A stretch of 64,000 bases of DNA from Candidatus Latescibacterota bacterium (GTDB taxonomy: Bacteria; Latescibacterota; UBA2968; UBA8231), in NCBI GenBank assembly GCA_964291625.2, contig OZ220089.1:2752001-2816000 (forward strand), given 5' to 3'. A program made the position numbers and the translations under genes. Position 1 is the first letter of the stretch; every line of letters begins with the position of its first letter. Below, piece after piece: positions 50,439 to 60,314 of this stretch. The notes under the pieces are model-generated. The model made no database searches. It saw nothing but the letters and a program-made list of their open reading frames with translations, and had not been told where the DNA came from.

Positions 50439-51335
50439 TCAGTAAAGGATGCGGTAGAGGCGCTGGGGGTAGTCGGCCACGGCGGGGTGCTGGCGCCCCA
50501 GCAGGTGGAAGACGGAGACCATGGCGTCCTTGGCGGCCCCGTCCTTGAAGTTGCGGTCCTTCTCGACCACGGCGAACCACTCCCGCAGGGCCGTGTCGTA
50601 GTCGTTGGCGGCGGCGGCGCAGCAGCCCACGAGGTAGCGGGCCTCCATGTCGTCCGGGTCGGCGAGCAGGCGCTCGGCGCAGGCCCGGGGGCCGCCGGCG
50701 CCCTCGCAGGCAGCGCTCAGCTCCAGATGGTGCAGCAGCGCCCGGCCCTGCTCCCACTCGGGGGTCCCCTGCTCGATGCGGTCCACGAGACCGCGGACGG
50801 CCTCTTCGCCGGCGTCCTGCATGAGGCGCACGCGGGCCATTCCCAGCAGCCCGGGGCCGCTGCTCTCGTCCTCGCGCAGGACCTCGGAGAACAGGTGCTC
50901 GGCGGAGGCCACGTCGCCCAGCTCGAGCTGCTGGCGGGCGGCGTCGGCCAGGTCCCCCATCTCTTCGGTCGGCGTCGGCGGCGCGTCGGGCACGTGGCGC
51001 CGCAGGATCTCCTCCACCTGCTCGCGGGGCAGGGCGCCGGTGAACTCGTCGGCCAGCTGCCCGTTCTTGACGATCTTGACCGCCGGGATGCTCTGCACCC
51101 GGAAGGCCATGGCCAGGTCCTGGTTGGCGTCGATGTCGACCTTGGCCAGCACCACGTTCGGTCCCATTGCGGTGACCGCGTCCTCCAGGATCGGTCCCAG
51201 GGTCTTGCAGGGCCCGCACCACTCGGCCCAGAAGTCGACGACCACGACCTTGTCCCGCGATCCCTGAAGGACCACCTGCTCGAAGTTGGTGGCGTCGACC
51301 TCGACGACGCTGGCCGCTGAGGGCTGGATCTCCAT
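50439..51335 (-). CDS. cnoX: thioredoxin-TPR co-chaperone (CnoX/YbbN-like)
   Basis: VDFWAEWCGPCK, VQSIPAV, TPR helices and C-terminal RLYRILY. Confidence 0.85.
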   Translation of the reverse strand: MEIQPSAASVVEVDATNFEQVVLQGSRDKVVVVDFWAEWCGPCKTLGPILEDAVTAMGPNVVLAKVDIDANQDLAMAFRVQSIPAVKIVKNGQLADEFTGALPREQVEEILRRHVPDAPPTPTEEMGDLADAARQQLELGDVASAEHLFSEVLREDESSGPGLLGMARVRLMQDAGEEAVRGLVDRIEQGTPEWEQGRALLHHLELSAACEGAGGPRACAERLLADPDDMEARYLVGCCAAAANDYDTALREWFAVVEKDRNFKDGAAKDAMVSVFHLLGRQHPAVADYPQRLYRILY

Positions 51336-51352
51336 GCTGAGGCTCCTTCGGT

Positions 51353-52402
51353 CTACTGGGCCCGGCCGCGCCCCGCCACGGGCCACTCGTCGACCACCTG
51401 CCCGTCCTTCAGGACGAAGAGCCGGTCGTGGAGGTTGGTGGTCATGCCGCCGTGCAGGGGGATCCAGGAGAGGATCTGGCCGACGGAGAATGTATGCCCG
51501 GAGGGGGTGGTGTCCACGTGGCCGTGCTCCACGGACATCCCCTTGAGGTGGACCTCCGGATGCTCCAGGCAGTAGCCGTAGGGCACCGGGGGATAGCTGG
51601 TGAAGGCTTTCATCCCGGCGTCGACGATCGCCTGGCCGGGGACCGAGGTGGAGACGACGGTGGTCACCAGGCGCAGGGGGCAGCGCACCGGGTCGAGGTC
51701 CTCCCGGCGGCCGACGCGGGTCATGCCCTCCCAGGCGTAGGAGCCGATGCGGGTCTCGGTGCAGCCGATCGCCTTGGAGACCTCCTCGCTGCCGGTGCCG
51801 CCGCCGCTGATCATGTGCAGGGGCAAACCGGCGCCGTCGATCAGCCCGCGGACCTCGTCGAGGAAGGGGCGCGCCCCCTCGCGGCTGGGGTAGGTCATGA
51901 CGCCGAGGAACTCGGTCCCCGGCAGGCTGTCGATCCGCCGGGCCAGCTCCAGCGTCTCCCGCGGCGACTGCACCCCCACGCGGCCGCCGCCGGTGTCCAT
52001 CTCGACGATCACCCTCACCACGCAGCCGGCCGCGGCGGCGGCGGCCGAGATGCCCTCCACGGTCGCCGCCGAGTCGGCGGCCACGGTGAGCGTGGTGCGG
52101 CCCGACTTCACCAGCTCCGTAAGCCGCCGCATCTTGGGGGCGCCGACGATGTTGTAGGGGATCAGGATGTCCTCGATGCCTCCCTCGGCCATCGCCTCCG
52201 CCTCGCCCAGCTTCTGGGCGACGATGCCGACGGCGCCGGCGTCGATCTGCCTGCGGGCCACGGCCGGGGTCTTGTGGGTCTTGGTGTGCACCCGCAGATC
52301 GATCTCCAGGGCGTCGCAGGCGGCCTGGAGCTGGGCGATGTTGCGGTCGAGGACGTCGAGGTCGACGCACAGGGCGGGGGTGTCCAGCTCGGTGTAGTGC
52401 AC
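51353..52402 (-). CDS. fold-type III PLP enzyme (D-threonine aldolase / DSD1 family)
   Basis: LDTPAL, RVHTKTHK, EMDTGGGRVGV, ISGGGT, VDAGMK and SVEHG motifs. Confidence 0.87.
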   Translation of the reverse strand: MHYTELDTPALCVDLDVLDRNIAQLQAACDALEIDLRVHTKTHKTPAVARRQIDAGAVGIVAQKLGEAEAMAEGGIEDILIPYNIVGAPKMRRLTELVKSGRTTLTVAADSAATVEGISAAAAAAGCVVRVIVEMDTGGGRVGVQSPRETLELARRIDSLPGTEFLGVMTYPSREGARPFLDEVRGLIDGAGLPLHMISGGGTGSEEVSKAIGCTETRIGSYAWEGMTRVGRREDLDPVRCPLRLVTTVVSTSVPGQAIVDAGMKAFTSYPPVPYGYCLEHPEVHLKGMSVEHGHVDTTPSGHTFSVGQILSWIPLHGGMTTNLHDRLFVLKDGQVVDEWPVAGRGRAQ

Positions 52403-52404
52403 GG

Positions 52405-53490
52405 TCAGCTCCTCAGCTCCTTGAAGAACTCGAGATAGCGGGAGGAGGTCGTCTCCCAGTCGTACTCGCGGCGGCAGTAGCGGCTGGCCTCCTCGCCGGC
52501 GGAGCGGCGCTCCTCGGGGGTCAGATCGTAGAAGGCGTGGACGGCCTGGGCAAAGGCCCGGTAGTCCCCGGACGGCGCCAGCCACCCCCCCTCGCGCACG
52601 GCCTCGACGAGGGCGTCCACGGCGAAGGCGACCACCGGCGTGCCCAGGTACATCGCCTCCAGCGGCGCGATGCCGAAGCCCTCCACGTCGCCCTCGGTGG
52701 GCACGTTGGGCATCAGGAACAGGTCGCAGTGGCGCCGCAGCATGGAGCAGGTGTCGTCGTCGAGGACGCCGAGGAGCAGCACGCGCCCGGGGTCGTCGAG
52801 GCCCTCCCTGGCGGCGCGCACCGCTTCGGCGTCCGGTCCCTCGCCGACGACGAGGAGGCGCACGTCCGCGGCCAGCAGCGGCATCCCGCGCTCGACGAAC
52901 CGGGCCAGGCCCTTGCGCGGCACCATGCGCCCCACGTTCAGCAGCAGCCGGTCCCGCCCGAAGACGACGCCGTGCTCCGCCTCGAAGGCGCGGCGCAGCT
53001 CCTCGTCGCGCTCCGGGGGGAGCTCGACCGGCTCGGCGCCCAGGTAGATGAGGCGCATGCGCTCCCGGGGCACACCCCAGGCCTCGGCGGCGAGGCGCAT
53101 GGAGTTCTCGCTGTACACGGCGATGCCGTGGCAGCGAAGGGTCCCGGCCCGCATCAGGGCCCGGGCCCGGCGGTCGCGGTAGGTCATCTCCAGGCCGTTA
53201 AGGGTGCAGCAGAGCACGGCCCGGCCGCGCAGCGGCGCCAGGGTCCAGGCGAGAGAGGCCGCCACGCCGTCGCCGAAGTAGACCAGGTCGGCACGGCTCG
53301 CCAGCAGGGCCAGGGCCGCCCTGAGCCACGCCCACGGCAGGAACCACGCCAGATGCAGGACCGAGTCGCGGCCCAGGGTCACCCGGGTCACCGGCAGGCG
53401 CTGGTTCAGGTAGGTGAAGAGCTTGAGGGCGTGCGTCTGGAGGCCGCCGCGGGAGGGCGGATAGCGGCGGGAGATGAAGAGGATTCGCAT
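52405..53490 (-). CDS. glycosyltransferase family 4
   Basis: YPPSRGG, VGRMVPRKG and EGFGIAPLEAM motifs. Confidence 0.9.
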   Translation of the reverse strand: MRILFISRRYPPSRGGLQTHALKLFTYLNQRLPVTRVTLGRDSVLHLAWFLPWAWLRAALALLASRADLVYFGDGVAASLAWTLAPLRGRAVLCCTLNGLEMTYRDRRARALMRAGTLRCHGIAVYSENSMRLAAEAWGVPRERMRLIYLGAEPVELPPERDEELRRAFEAEHGVVFGRDRLLLNVGRMVPRKGLARFVERGMPLLAADVRLLVVGEGPDAEAVRAAREGLDDPGRVLLLGVLDDDTCSMLRRHCDLFLMPNVPTEGDVEGFGIAPLEAMYLGTPVVAFAVDALVEAVREGGWLAPSGDYRAFAQAVHAFYDLTPEERRSAGEEASRYCRREYDWETTSSRYLEFFKELRS

Positions 53491-53523
53491 GGCCGGGAGC
53501 GCTTGCTATAACATAGAGACTCC

Positions 53524-54168
53524 ATGGAGGCCAGGGCATTCGCGGCGGAGCTGGCGGGGACCTTCACCCTCGTCTTCATCGGTGCCGGCGCCGTCGCCGT
53601 GGGCGTCGGGGGTCTCCTGGGCGCCGCCTTCGCCCACGGGCTCGTCGTCCTCGCCTTCAGCTTCGCCTGGGGCCGCCGGGCCCCCCACATCAACCCCGCC
53701 GTCAGCTTCGGGCTCTTCGCCGCCGGGGCGGTGAGGGCGGTCCATCTGCCCGCCTACTGGCTCGCCCAGGGGGCGGGCGGCATCGTCGCCGCCTTCGCCC
53801 TCAAGCTGACCGTGGGCGGCTTCACCGACTCCCTGGGCGCCACCGTCCCGGCCCCGGGAGTCAGCCATGCCCAGACCCTCGTCCTGGAGGCGATCCTGAC
53901 CTTCATGCTCGTCACCTCCGTCCTCGTCACCGCCGTGAGCGGCCGCGGGGGCGACCTCGGGCTTGCCGCCATCGGCCTCACCCTGATCTTCTGCATCCTC
54001 ATGGGCGGGCCCCTCACCGGCGCCTCCCTGAACCCGGCCCGCACCCTGGGGCCGGGTCTGTTCACCGGCACCCTGGGCGTGTTCTGGATCTACCTCGCCG
54101 GGACGTTCCTCGGGGCCGCCCTCGCCGGAAGCCTCTACCGCGGTCTGCCGAAGGGAGAGCACACTTGA
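53524..54168 (+). CDS. aquaporin (MIP family)
   Basis: AELAGTF, HINPAVS and SLNPAR motifs; six TM helices. Confidence 0.93.
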   Translation: MEARAFAAELAGTFTLVFIGAGAVAVGVGGLLGAAFAHGLVVLAFSFAWGRRAPHINPAVSFGLFAAGAVRAVHLPAYWLAQGAGGIVAAFALKLTVGGFTDSLGATVPAPGVSHAQTLVLEAILTFMLVTSVLVTAVSGRGGDLGLAAIGLTLIFCILMGGPLTGASLNPARTLGPGLFTGTLGVFWIYLAGTFLGAALAGSLYRGLPKGEHT

Positions 54169-55631
54169 GAATCGCCGTCGCCGGCTTCGCCCACGAGTCG
54201 AACACCTTCTCCGTCCAGCCCACCCGTCTCGAGGACTTCGGCATCCTGACGGGCGGGCAGGTCCTGGCCCGGCACGCCGACACCTACCACGAGATCGCCG
54301 GCTACCTGGCCGCCGCCGTCGATCTGGACATGGAGCTCTGCCCCATCCTCTCGGCCTCGGCCACGCCCGCCGGGCCGGTCGCCCGCGACGCCTTCGAGGA
54401 GATCTGCGGCCGCATCCTGGCCGGCCTCGCGGACCTGGGCCGCGTCGACGGCGTCCTCCTCGCCCTCCACGGCGCCATGGTGGCCGAGGAGCATCCCCAC
54501 GGCGACGCCGAGATCGTGCGCCGCGTGCGGGAGCAAGCGGGCCCCGAGATGCCCATCGTCGTCACCCACGACTACCACGCCAACGTGCCGCCCTCCCTGG
54601 TGGAGGCGGCCGACGCCCTCGTGATCTACAAGACCAACCCCCACGTCGACCAGCGCGAGCGCGGCTGCGAGGCGGCGTCGATCCTGGCGCGCACCGTGGG
54701 CGGCGAGGTGAAGCCCACCATGGCCCTGGCCCGGCCCCGGCTGGTGCTGAACATCTGCTTTCACAACACCAGCCTGCCGCCGGTGCAGCCGCTCATGGCC
54801 CGCGCCGTGGAGCTGGAGCAGCGGCAGGGGATCCTCTCCTGCTCGGTCGCCGGCGGCTACCAGTATGCCGACGTGGAGTTCATGGGTCCCTCGGTGGTCG
54901 TCGTCGCCGACGGCGACCCGGAGCTGGCCCGCGCCGAGGCCGAGACCCTGTCCGCGGCCATGTGGGAGGCCCGCGGTCAGATGATCCCGGATCTGCCCGG
55001 GCCCGCCGAGGCGGTGCGCCAGGCCGCGGCCAGCCCGGAGCACCCGGTGACCCTCCTCGACGTGGGCGACAACATCGGCGGCGGCTCCACCGGCGACTCG
55101 ACCCTGATCCTGGAGCAGCTGCTGGCCCAGGGCGCCGACGGCTGGGTGGTGACCCTGTGGGACCCGGAATCGGCGCGGGCCTGCGCCGCCGCCGGCATCG
55201 GCGCCGAGGTGGAGCTCGACGCGGGCGGCAAGACCGACGACATGCACGGCGAGCCCCAGCGCGTGAAGGGCACGGTGCGCACCCTCTCGGACGGCCGCTA
55301 CGAGGAGCGCGAGCGCCGCCACGGCGGCGGCCGCCGCCACAACCAGGGGCTCACCGCGGTGGTGCGCGTGCCCTGCGGCGCGGGGGAGGGGCTGCTCGTC
55401 CTCGACAGCCGCCGCCAGCCTCCCATGAGCATTCACCAGATCACCAGCGCCGGCATCGCGCCGGAGCAGCAGAAGATCCTGGTCGCCAAGGGCGCCGTCG
55501 CCCCCCGCGCCGCGTACGAGCCGGTCTCGCGGAGGCTGATCGAGGTCGACTCGGGCGGCGCCTGCTGGATCGGCCGCGGCCCCGGGGACTACCGGCGCGC
55601 CGACCGCGGCAAGTACGAGTGGAACCAGTAA
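54165..55631 (+). CDS. M81 family metallopeptidase (MlrC-like)
   Basis: HESNTF, LALHGAM, DYHAN, PHVD and DNIGGG motifs. Confidence 0.88.
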   Translation: MRIAVAGFAHESNTFSVQPTRLEDFGILTGGQVLARHADTYHEIAGYLAAAVDLDMELCPILSASATPAGPVARDAFEEICGRILAGLADLGRVDGVLLALHGAMVAEEHPHGDAEIVRRVREQAGPEMPIVVTHDYHANVPPSLVEAADALVIYKTNPHVDQRERGCEAASILARTVGGEVKPTMALARPRLVLNICFHNTSLPPVQPLMARAVELEQRQGILSCSVAGGYQYADVEFMGPSVVVVADGDPELARAEAETLSAAMWEARGQMIPDLPGPAEAVRQAAASPEHPVTLLDVGDNIGGGSTGDSTLILEQLLAQGADGWVVTLWDPESARACAAAGIGAEVELDAGGKTDDMHGEPQRVKGTVRTLSDGRYEERERRHGGGRRHNQGLTAVVRVPCGAGEGLLVLDSRRQPPMSIHQITSAGIAPEQQKILVAKGAVAPRAAYEPVSRRLIEVDSGGACWIGRGPGDYRRADRGKYEWNQ

Positions 55632-55660
55632 CCGAGACTACCAGAAACAGGAGGAAGGAC

Positions 55661-56680
55661 ATGAGCTTGCGAATCGGCATCGTCGGCGCCGGGGCCAACA
55701 CCCGGGAGCGGCACATCCCCGGGTTCCAGGAGATCGACGGCGTGGAGGTGGTGGCCGTCTGCAACCGCTCCCGCGAGTCGGGGCAGCGGGCGGCCGACGA
55801 CTTCGGCATCCCCACCGTGTACGACGACTGGAAGGAGCTGGTCCACGCCGACGAGGTGGACGCCGTCTGCATCGGCACCTGGCCCTACCTGCACTGCGAC
55901 ATCACCCTCGAGGGCCTGGCCGCCGGCAAGCATGTCCTCACCGAGGCGCGCATGGCCATGGACCTCGCCGAGGCGCGGCGCATGCTGGACGCGGCCCGGG
56001 CCTCCGACAAGGTCACCATGATCGTGCCGGCCCCCATCAACCTGGAGACCGAGCCGACCCTGCTCGCCATGGTGGCCGACGGCGCCTTCGGCGACTGGCT
56101 GGAGATCCACGTCAGCGCCCTGACCGGCGGCTGGGACCCCGGCGCCCCCCTGCACTGGCGCCAGCGGCGCGACCTGTCGGGCAACAACATCATGGCCATG
56201 GGCATCCTCAACGAGACGGTGCGGCGCTACGTCGGCCACGACCGCGCCCTCATGGCCCACGCCCACATCTTCACCGGCGAGCGCACCGACGCCGAGAGCG
56301 GCGCGGCGAGGGCCGTGGACGTGCCCGAGAGCCTCGGCATCCTCTCCGAGCTGGAGAGCGGCGCCACCGCCGTCTACCACGTGAGCAGCGTCGCCGCCCA
56401 CGGCTCCATCTCCTTCGAGATGCACGGCACCAAGGGGTCCCTCCGGCTCGAGGGCGACAAGGCCCTCGTGGCCCTGGACGACGACGGCTGGCGCGAGCTG
56501 GTGGTGGAGCCCGAGAAGCAGTGGGGCTGGACCGTGGAGGCCGACTTCGTCGACGCCATCCGCGACGGCCGGCCGGTGACCCACACCAACTTCGAGGACG
56601 GCGTGAAGTACATGGCCTTCACCGAGGCCGTGCAGGTGAGCCTGCGCGAGGGCCGGAAGGTGGAGCTGGGGGAGCTGTAG
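55661..56680 (+). CDS. Gfo/Idh/MocA family oxidoreductase
   Basis: IGIVGAG, VDAVCIGTWP and GKHVLTEARMA motifs; GGAGG RBS. Confidence 0.88.
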   Translation: MSLRIGIVGAGANTRERHIPGFQEIDGVEVVAVCNRSRESGQRAADDFGIPTVYDDWKELVHADEVDAVCIGTWPYLHCDITLEGLAAGKHVLTEARMAMDLAEARRMLDAARASDKVTMIVPAPINLETEPTLLAMVADGAFGDWLEIHVSALTGGWDPGAPLHWRQRRDLSGNNIMAMGILNETVRRYVGHDRALMAHAHIFTGERTDAESGAARAVDVPESLGILSELESGATAVYHVSSVAAHGSISFEMHGTKGSLRLEGDKALVALDDDGWRELVVEPEKQWGWTVEADFVDAIRDGRPVTHTNFEDGVKYMAFTEAVQVSLREGRKVELGEL

Positions 56681-56699
56681 GCGAAGTAGACCGACGCTC

Positions 56700-57170
56700 T
56701 CAGTCCGGGAGGCGAGAAAGCAGTTCGTCCCGCAGGACTACCCTCAGCACGGACAGGATGCTCTCTCGTTCCCGGCCCAGCTCGTACGCGCAGCGGGCCA
56801 CCTCGGTCTTCCACTCCTCGCTCAGACGAGTCTGGACATAGGTCTCGCAGAACTCGTCCACCTGAAACGCCTGTTTGCCCCGGACTTCGGGAACGAGATT
56901 CGACGCGGTTTCCGTGGCCCAGGATCGCGCATCGAGACGCCGGGAGATCTCTTCTCCGAACTCGGTCAGCCGGAGCGGGCTGCCCTGCTCGACAGCCGGA
57001 GGTGGCAGGCGGCCCAGGATCTTCTTGATATCTTCGCGGATCTCTCGAATGGTATCCTTGATGGCGCTGACGGAGTCATCGGTGCGTCCCTTCCATTCCG
57101 CCAGCTTCCAAATGGCCCCAATCACCGCAATGCCGCCGACTACATAGATCAGTGGGTTGGTCCAGTCCAT
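56700..57170 (-). CDS. hypothetical membrane-anchored protein
   Basis: GGAGAG RBS; N-terminal TM (LIYVVGGIAVIGAIW), short coiled coil, SPLRLTEFG; visibly more A/T-ending codons than neighbours. Confidence 0.7.
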   Translation of the reverse strand: MDWTNPLIYVVGGIAVIGAIWKLAEWKGRTDDSVSAIKDTIREIREDIKKILGRLPPPAVEQGSPLRLTEFGEEISRRLDARSWATETASNLVPEVRGKQAFQVDEFCETYVQTRLSEEWKTEVARCAYELGRERESILSVLRVVLRDELLSRLPD

Positions 57171-57250
57171 CGGCTCTCCTCGCGCCCCTTGTGAAGGTAG
57201 TGGCGCCGAATCCGGCGTGCAGGGACACAAGCAAGAAGGAGGCCAGGTGC

Positions 57251-58501
57251 CTATGGGACACTACGGCCCCGGACGCCGTTGCAGAGCACGTCGAAGAGGT
57301 CGTAGTTGCGCAGCTCGCCGCGCTCCAGGGCCGCGGCCGTCTCCTCCCGCAAAGGCCGGTTGACGACGAAGGGCACCGCCGCCTCGTGGAGGCCGCCGTG
57401 GGAGCGCAGCCCCTCCGAGACGTGGGACAGGTCGTGCCACTCCGGGGTGCGCCCGAGGACGGTGCCGCGGTCGGCCAGGACCACCAGGTCGCCGATGCGG
57501 TCGGGCGGCAGCTCGTAGAGCCCGGCGGCCTGCTCCCGGGTGTGGACGGCCTCGACCCCGGGCACCCCTGCCAGCACCCGGACCGCCCGCTCCAGGCTTC
57601 CAGGCTCCACGTAGACGGTGGCGTACGAGCCCAGGGCCCCGTGGTGGACCACGTAGGGATCGGTGATCGGCAGGATCACCCGCGCCCCGGTCACGCCTGC
57701 CTCTCCCAACAGGCTCTCGAGGTACTCCACCTTCGGCGCGCCGTCCGGCCGGGTCTTGGCGTTCATGCCGTGATCGGCGGTGACGGCGACCACGGCACCG
57801 GCGCGGTGCAGGCGGCCGAGGACGGCGTCCAGCCGCGCGTGAAAGGCGATCGCCTCCGGGTCCTCCGGCGCGAAGCGGTGCTGCACGTAATCGGTGGTCG
57901 ACAGGTAGGTCACGAGGGGGCCGCCGCGCTCCAGGAGGCAGGCGCCGGCCTCCAGGCAGTACACGCTCGCCTCGGGGTCGTAGATCCCGGGGGCGGGACC
58001 CCCGACGAGGCCGGCCGCGTCCTCCAGGCCGTTGCTCTCCAGGGTCGCCTCGCCGGCCTTCTCCACCGAGAGGCGGACGCAGTGGGCGGGCAGCCCCCGC
58101 GACAGGAAGGCGAGGAGCTTGTCCTTGGCCGTCACCACCGCCACCTCGGCGCCGGCCCCCGCGAAGGCGGACAGCACGGTGGGGCACCGCAGCCAGCGGG
58201 GGTCGTTCATCATGACCTCCTCGCCGGACTCGCGGTCGTAGTAGTAGTTGCCCGGGATCCCGTGCACCGCCGGGGGGGCCCCGGTGGCGATGGAGGCGTT
58301 GTTCGGGTTCGTGAAGGAGGGGACCGCCGTGCGCGCCGTCCCGCGTGCGCCGTCGGCGGCCAGGCGCGCCAGCTCCGGCATGACGCCGGCCGCCGCCTCC
58401 AGGTAGGCGGGGTCGCAGCCGTCGATGCAGACGCCCACCACCGGCTGGCGGGGCACCGCGTAGCAGCGGCCGTTGACGGTGACCCGGTCGGCGCCGGTCA
58501 C
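57251..58501 (-). CDS. phnA: phosphonoacetate hydrolase
   Basis: VTVNGRCY, CIDGCDP, PSFTNPNNASIATG, VTAKDKL, YLSTTDYVQH, TADHGMNAK, ILPITDPYVVHHGALG and LRSHGG motifs. Confidence 0.93.
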   Translation of the reverse strand: MTGADRVTVNGRCYAVPRQPVVGVCIDGCDPAYLEAAAGVMPELARLAADGARGTARTAVPSFTNPNNASIATGAPPAVHGIPGNYYYDRESGEEVMMNDPRWLRCPTVLSAFAGAGAEVAVVTAKDKLLAFLSRGLPAHCVRLSVEKAGEATLESNGLEDAAGLVGGPAPGIYDPEASVYCLEAGACLLERGGPLVTYLSTTDYVQHRFAPEDPEAIAFHARLDAVLGRLHRAGAVVAVTADHGMNAKTRPDGAPKVEYLESLLGEAGVTGARVILPITDPYVVHHGALGSYATVYVEPGSLERAVRVLAGVPGVEAVHTREQAAGLYELPPDRIGDLVVLADRGTVLGRTPEWHDLSHVSEGLRSHGGLHEAAVPFVVNRPLREETAAALERGELRNYDLFDVLCNGVRGRSVP

Positions 58502-59571
58502 ACCTCCAGCCCCGGGGCGACGGCGACCCGCAGCCAGCGGCGCTGCCGGCTCAGGGCCAGGCCCTCCTCCAGGTCGCGCAGCGGCAGGGTCGGCCCCAGG
58601 AGGTCTTCGAAGGGGTAGCGGCCGGCCGTGCGCCCGAGGAACTCGATCCCCTGCTGCAGGTGCCGGGGCGAGTAGTTGTGCACCCCGCGGATGGTCAGGC
58701 ACTTGAAGACGATCCGCTCCCCGGTGATTCCCGCCAGGTCCGAGTCCGGGTGGACCATGCCGGCCAGCACGTAGGTTCCGCCCGTGCGCACGAGGTCCAT
58801 GCCGGCGGCCACGGCGGGGGTCTCGCCCGACATCTCCAGGACCGCGTCGACGCCGTCCGGTGCCACCTCCAGCACCCGTTCGCGCCTCTCCCCCGGGTCC
58901 AGGGCCGGGTCCAGCCCGATGGCGCCGAAGCGCCCGGCCAGGTCCCGCCGTTCCGGCAGGGGATCGCTGCACAGCACGCGCACGCCGCGCTCGCGCAGCA
59001 GGGCGCAGGCGTAGATCCCGAGGAGGCCGGCCCCCTGCACGAGGGCCGCCGCCGCCCCTTCCGGCACCTGCTCCACGCAGTTGACGGCGGTGGCCAGGGC
59101 GCAGTTGGCCGTCGACGCCACCCCGTCGGGGATCCCCTCCGGCACCGGCACCGCCGCCGTCCCGGGCCGCAGCAGCAGGTGCGTGGCGTAGGCGCCGTTG
59201 AGGCCGCTGCCGTCGTCGAGGTCGGCGTGGCCGTACTTGAACAGGTGCAGGCACTTCTCCGGCAGATGGTGGCCGCGGCAGAACCGGCACTCGCCGCAAC
59301 TGTCGGCGATGGACCAGCTCACGCGCTCGCCCACCTCCAGGCCGTCGCGCTCGCTGACCGCCACCCGGCCCACCCCCTCGTGGCCGAGCACCGCCGGCGT
59401 CGGCTGCCGCCGGCGGCCCCCGGTGGTGTGCAGGTCGGAGCCGCAGATCGTCGCCAGATCGACGGCCAGCAGGGCTTCCCCCTCCTCCAGGCTCGAGGGC
59501 AGGGGGATGCGCTCGTAGCGCAGGGGCCGTCCCGGCTCGTCGAAGACCTGGGCGAAGGCGTGGCCGGTCAC
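58498..59571 (-). CDS. zinc-dependent alcohol dehydrogenase, phosphonate-catabolism-associated (HpnZ-like)
   Basis: ATICGSDLHT, VLGHEGVG, CGECRFC..KC, LFKYGH and IRGVHNY motifs; GTGA-coupled to phnA. Confidence 0.8.
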   Translation of the reverse strand: MTGHAFAQVFDEPGRPLRYERIPLPSSLEEGEALLAVDLATICGSDLHTTGGRRRQPTPAVLGHEGVGRVAVSERDGLEVGERVSWSIADSCGECRFCRGHHLPEKCLHLFKYGHADLDDGSGLNGAYATHLLLRPGTAAVPVPEGIPDGVASTANCALATAVNCVEQVPEGAAAALVQGAGLLGIYACALLRERGVRVLCSDPLPERRDLAGRFGAIGLDPALDPGERRERVLEVAPDGVDAVLEMSGETPAVAAGMDLVRTGGTYVLAGMVHPDSDLAGITGERIVFKCLTIRGVHNYSPRHLQQGIEFLGRTAGRYPFEDLLGPTLPLRDLEEGLALSRQRRWLRVAVAPGLEV

Positions 59572-60314
59572 GGGCGGCTCTCCCGGTAGTAGGCCTCCAG
59601 CGAGTCCTGGGGCTCGAAGCCGAGGAGCCGGCGGGCCTTGGCGTTGGAGTACTTCCCGTGGGGCAGGTCGGCCATGACGAAGAACACCTCGTTGCGCGAG
59701 GGCAGCCGCGCGGTGTCGACCTCGAGGGCGCAGCGGATCGCCCGCGCCGCGTCGGCGAAAGTGACCGAGAAGGGGTTGATGTCCCCCCGTCCGCCCCGTT
59801 CGGGATCGGCGGGGTCGGCGGCGGGGAAGGAGAGGAAGAGCATGCACATCACGTGGATGGCGTGGTTGTCGCTGAAGATGCGGCAGACCTCCTGGCCCGC
59901 GGCCTTGCTGATGGCGTAGAGGTTGGTGCCGGAGTGGGCGGGCACCTCCTCGACGATGCCGAAGTCGAAGGTGTGGTAGGGCTCGCCGGTGACGGTGAAG
60001 TGGGGCCCGGTGTTGATGAAGCGGTCGTGGCCGAGGTCGACGGCGGTGCGCACGGCGTTGTACGTGCCCAGGGTGTTGACGTCCCAGGCGATCTTGCGGT
60101 GGGGCCGCAGCACCGAGCAGTTGACGATGGCGTCGCAGCCCCGGGCGGCGCGCCTCACCTGGCGCAGGTCGGCCACGTCAACGCGCATCGTCTCGTGGGG
60201 CGACCGCTCCGGCAGCTTGATGTCCGTGATCCGCAGGTCGTAGCCGCGGCCCTCCAGCTCGGAGACGACCCACGGTCCCAGAAAGCCGTTGCCGCCGAGG
60301 AGGCAGACCTTCAT
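59568..60314 (-). CDS. NAD-dependent epimerase/dehydratase family protein
   Basis: LLGGNGFLG, VNTLGTYN, LYAISK and ARRLLGFEP motifs. Confidence 0.82.
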   Translation of the reverse strand: MKVCLLGGNGFLGPWVVSELEGRGYDLRITDIKLPERSPHETMRVDVADLRQVRRAARGCDAIVNCSVLRPHRKIAWDVNTLGTYNAVRTAVDLGHDRFINTGPHFTVTGEPYHTFDFGIVEEVPAHSGTNLYAISKAAGQEVCRIFSDNHAIHVMCMLFLSFPAADPADPERGGRGDINPFSVTFADAARAIRCALEVDTARLPSRNEVFFVMADLPHGKYSNAKARRLLGFEPQDSLEAYYRESRP

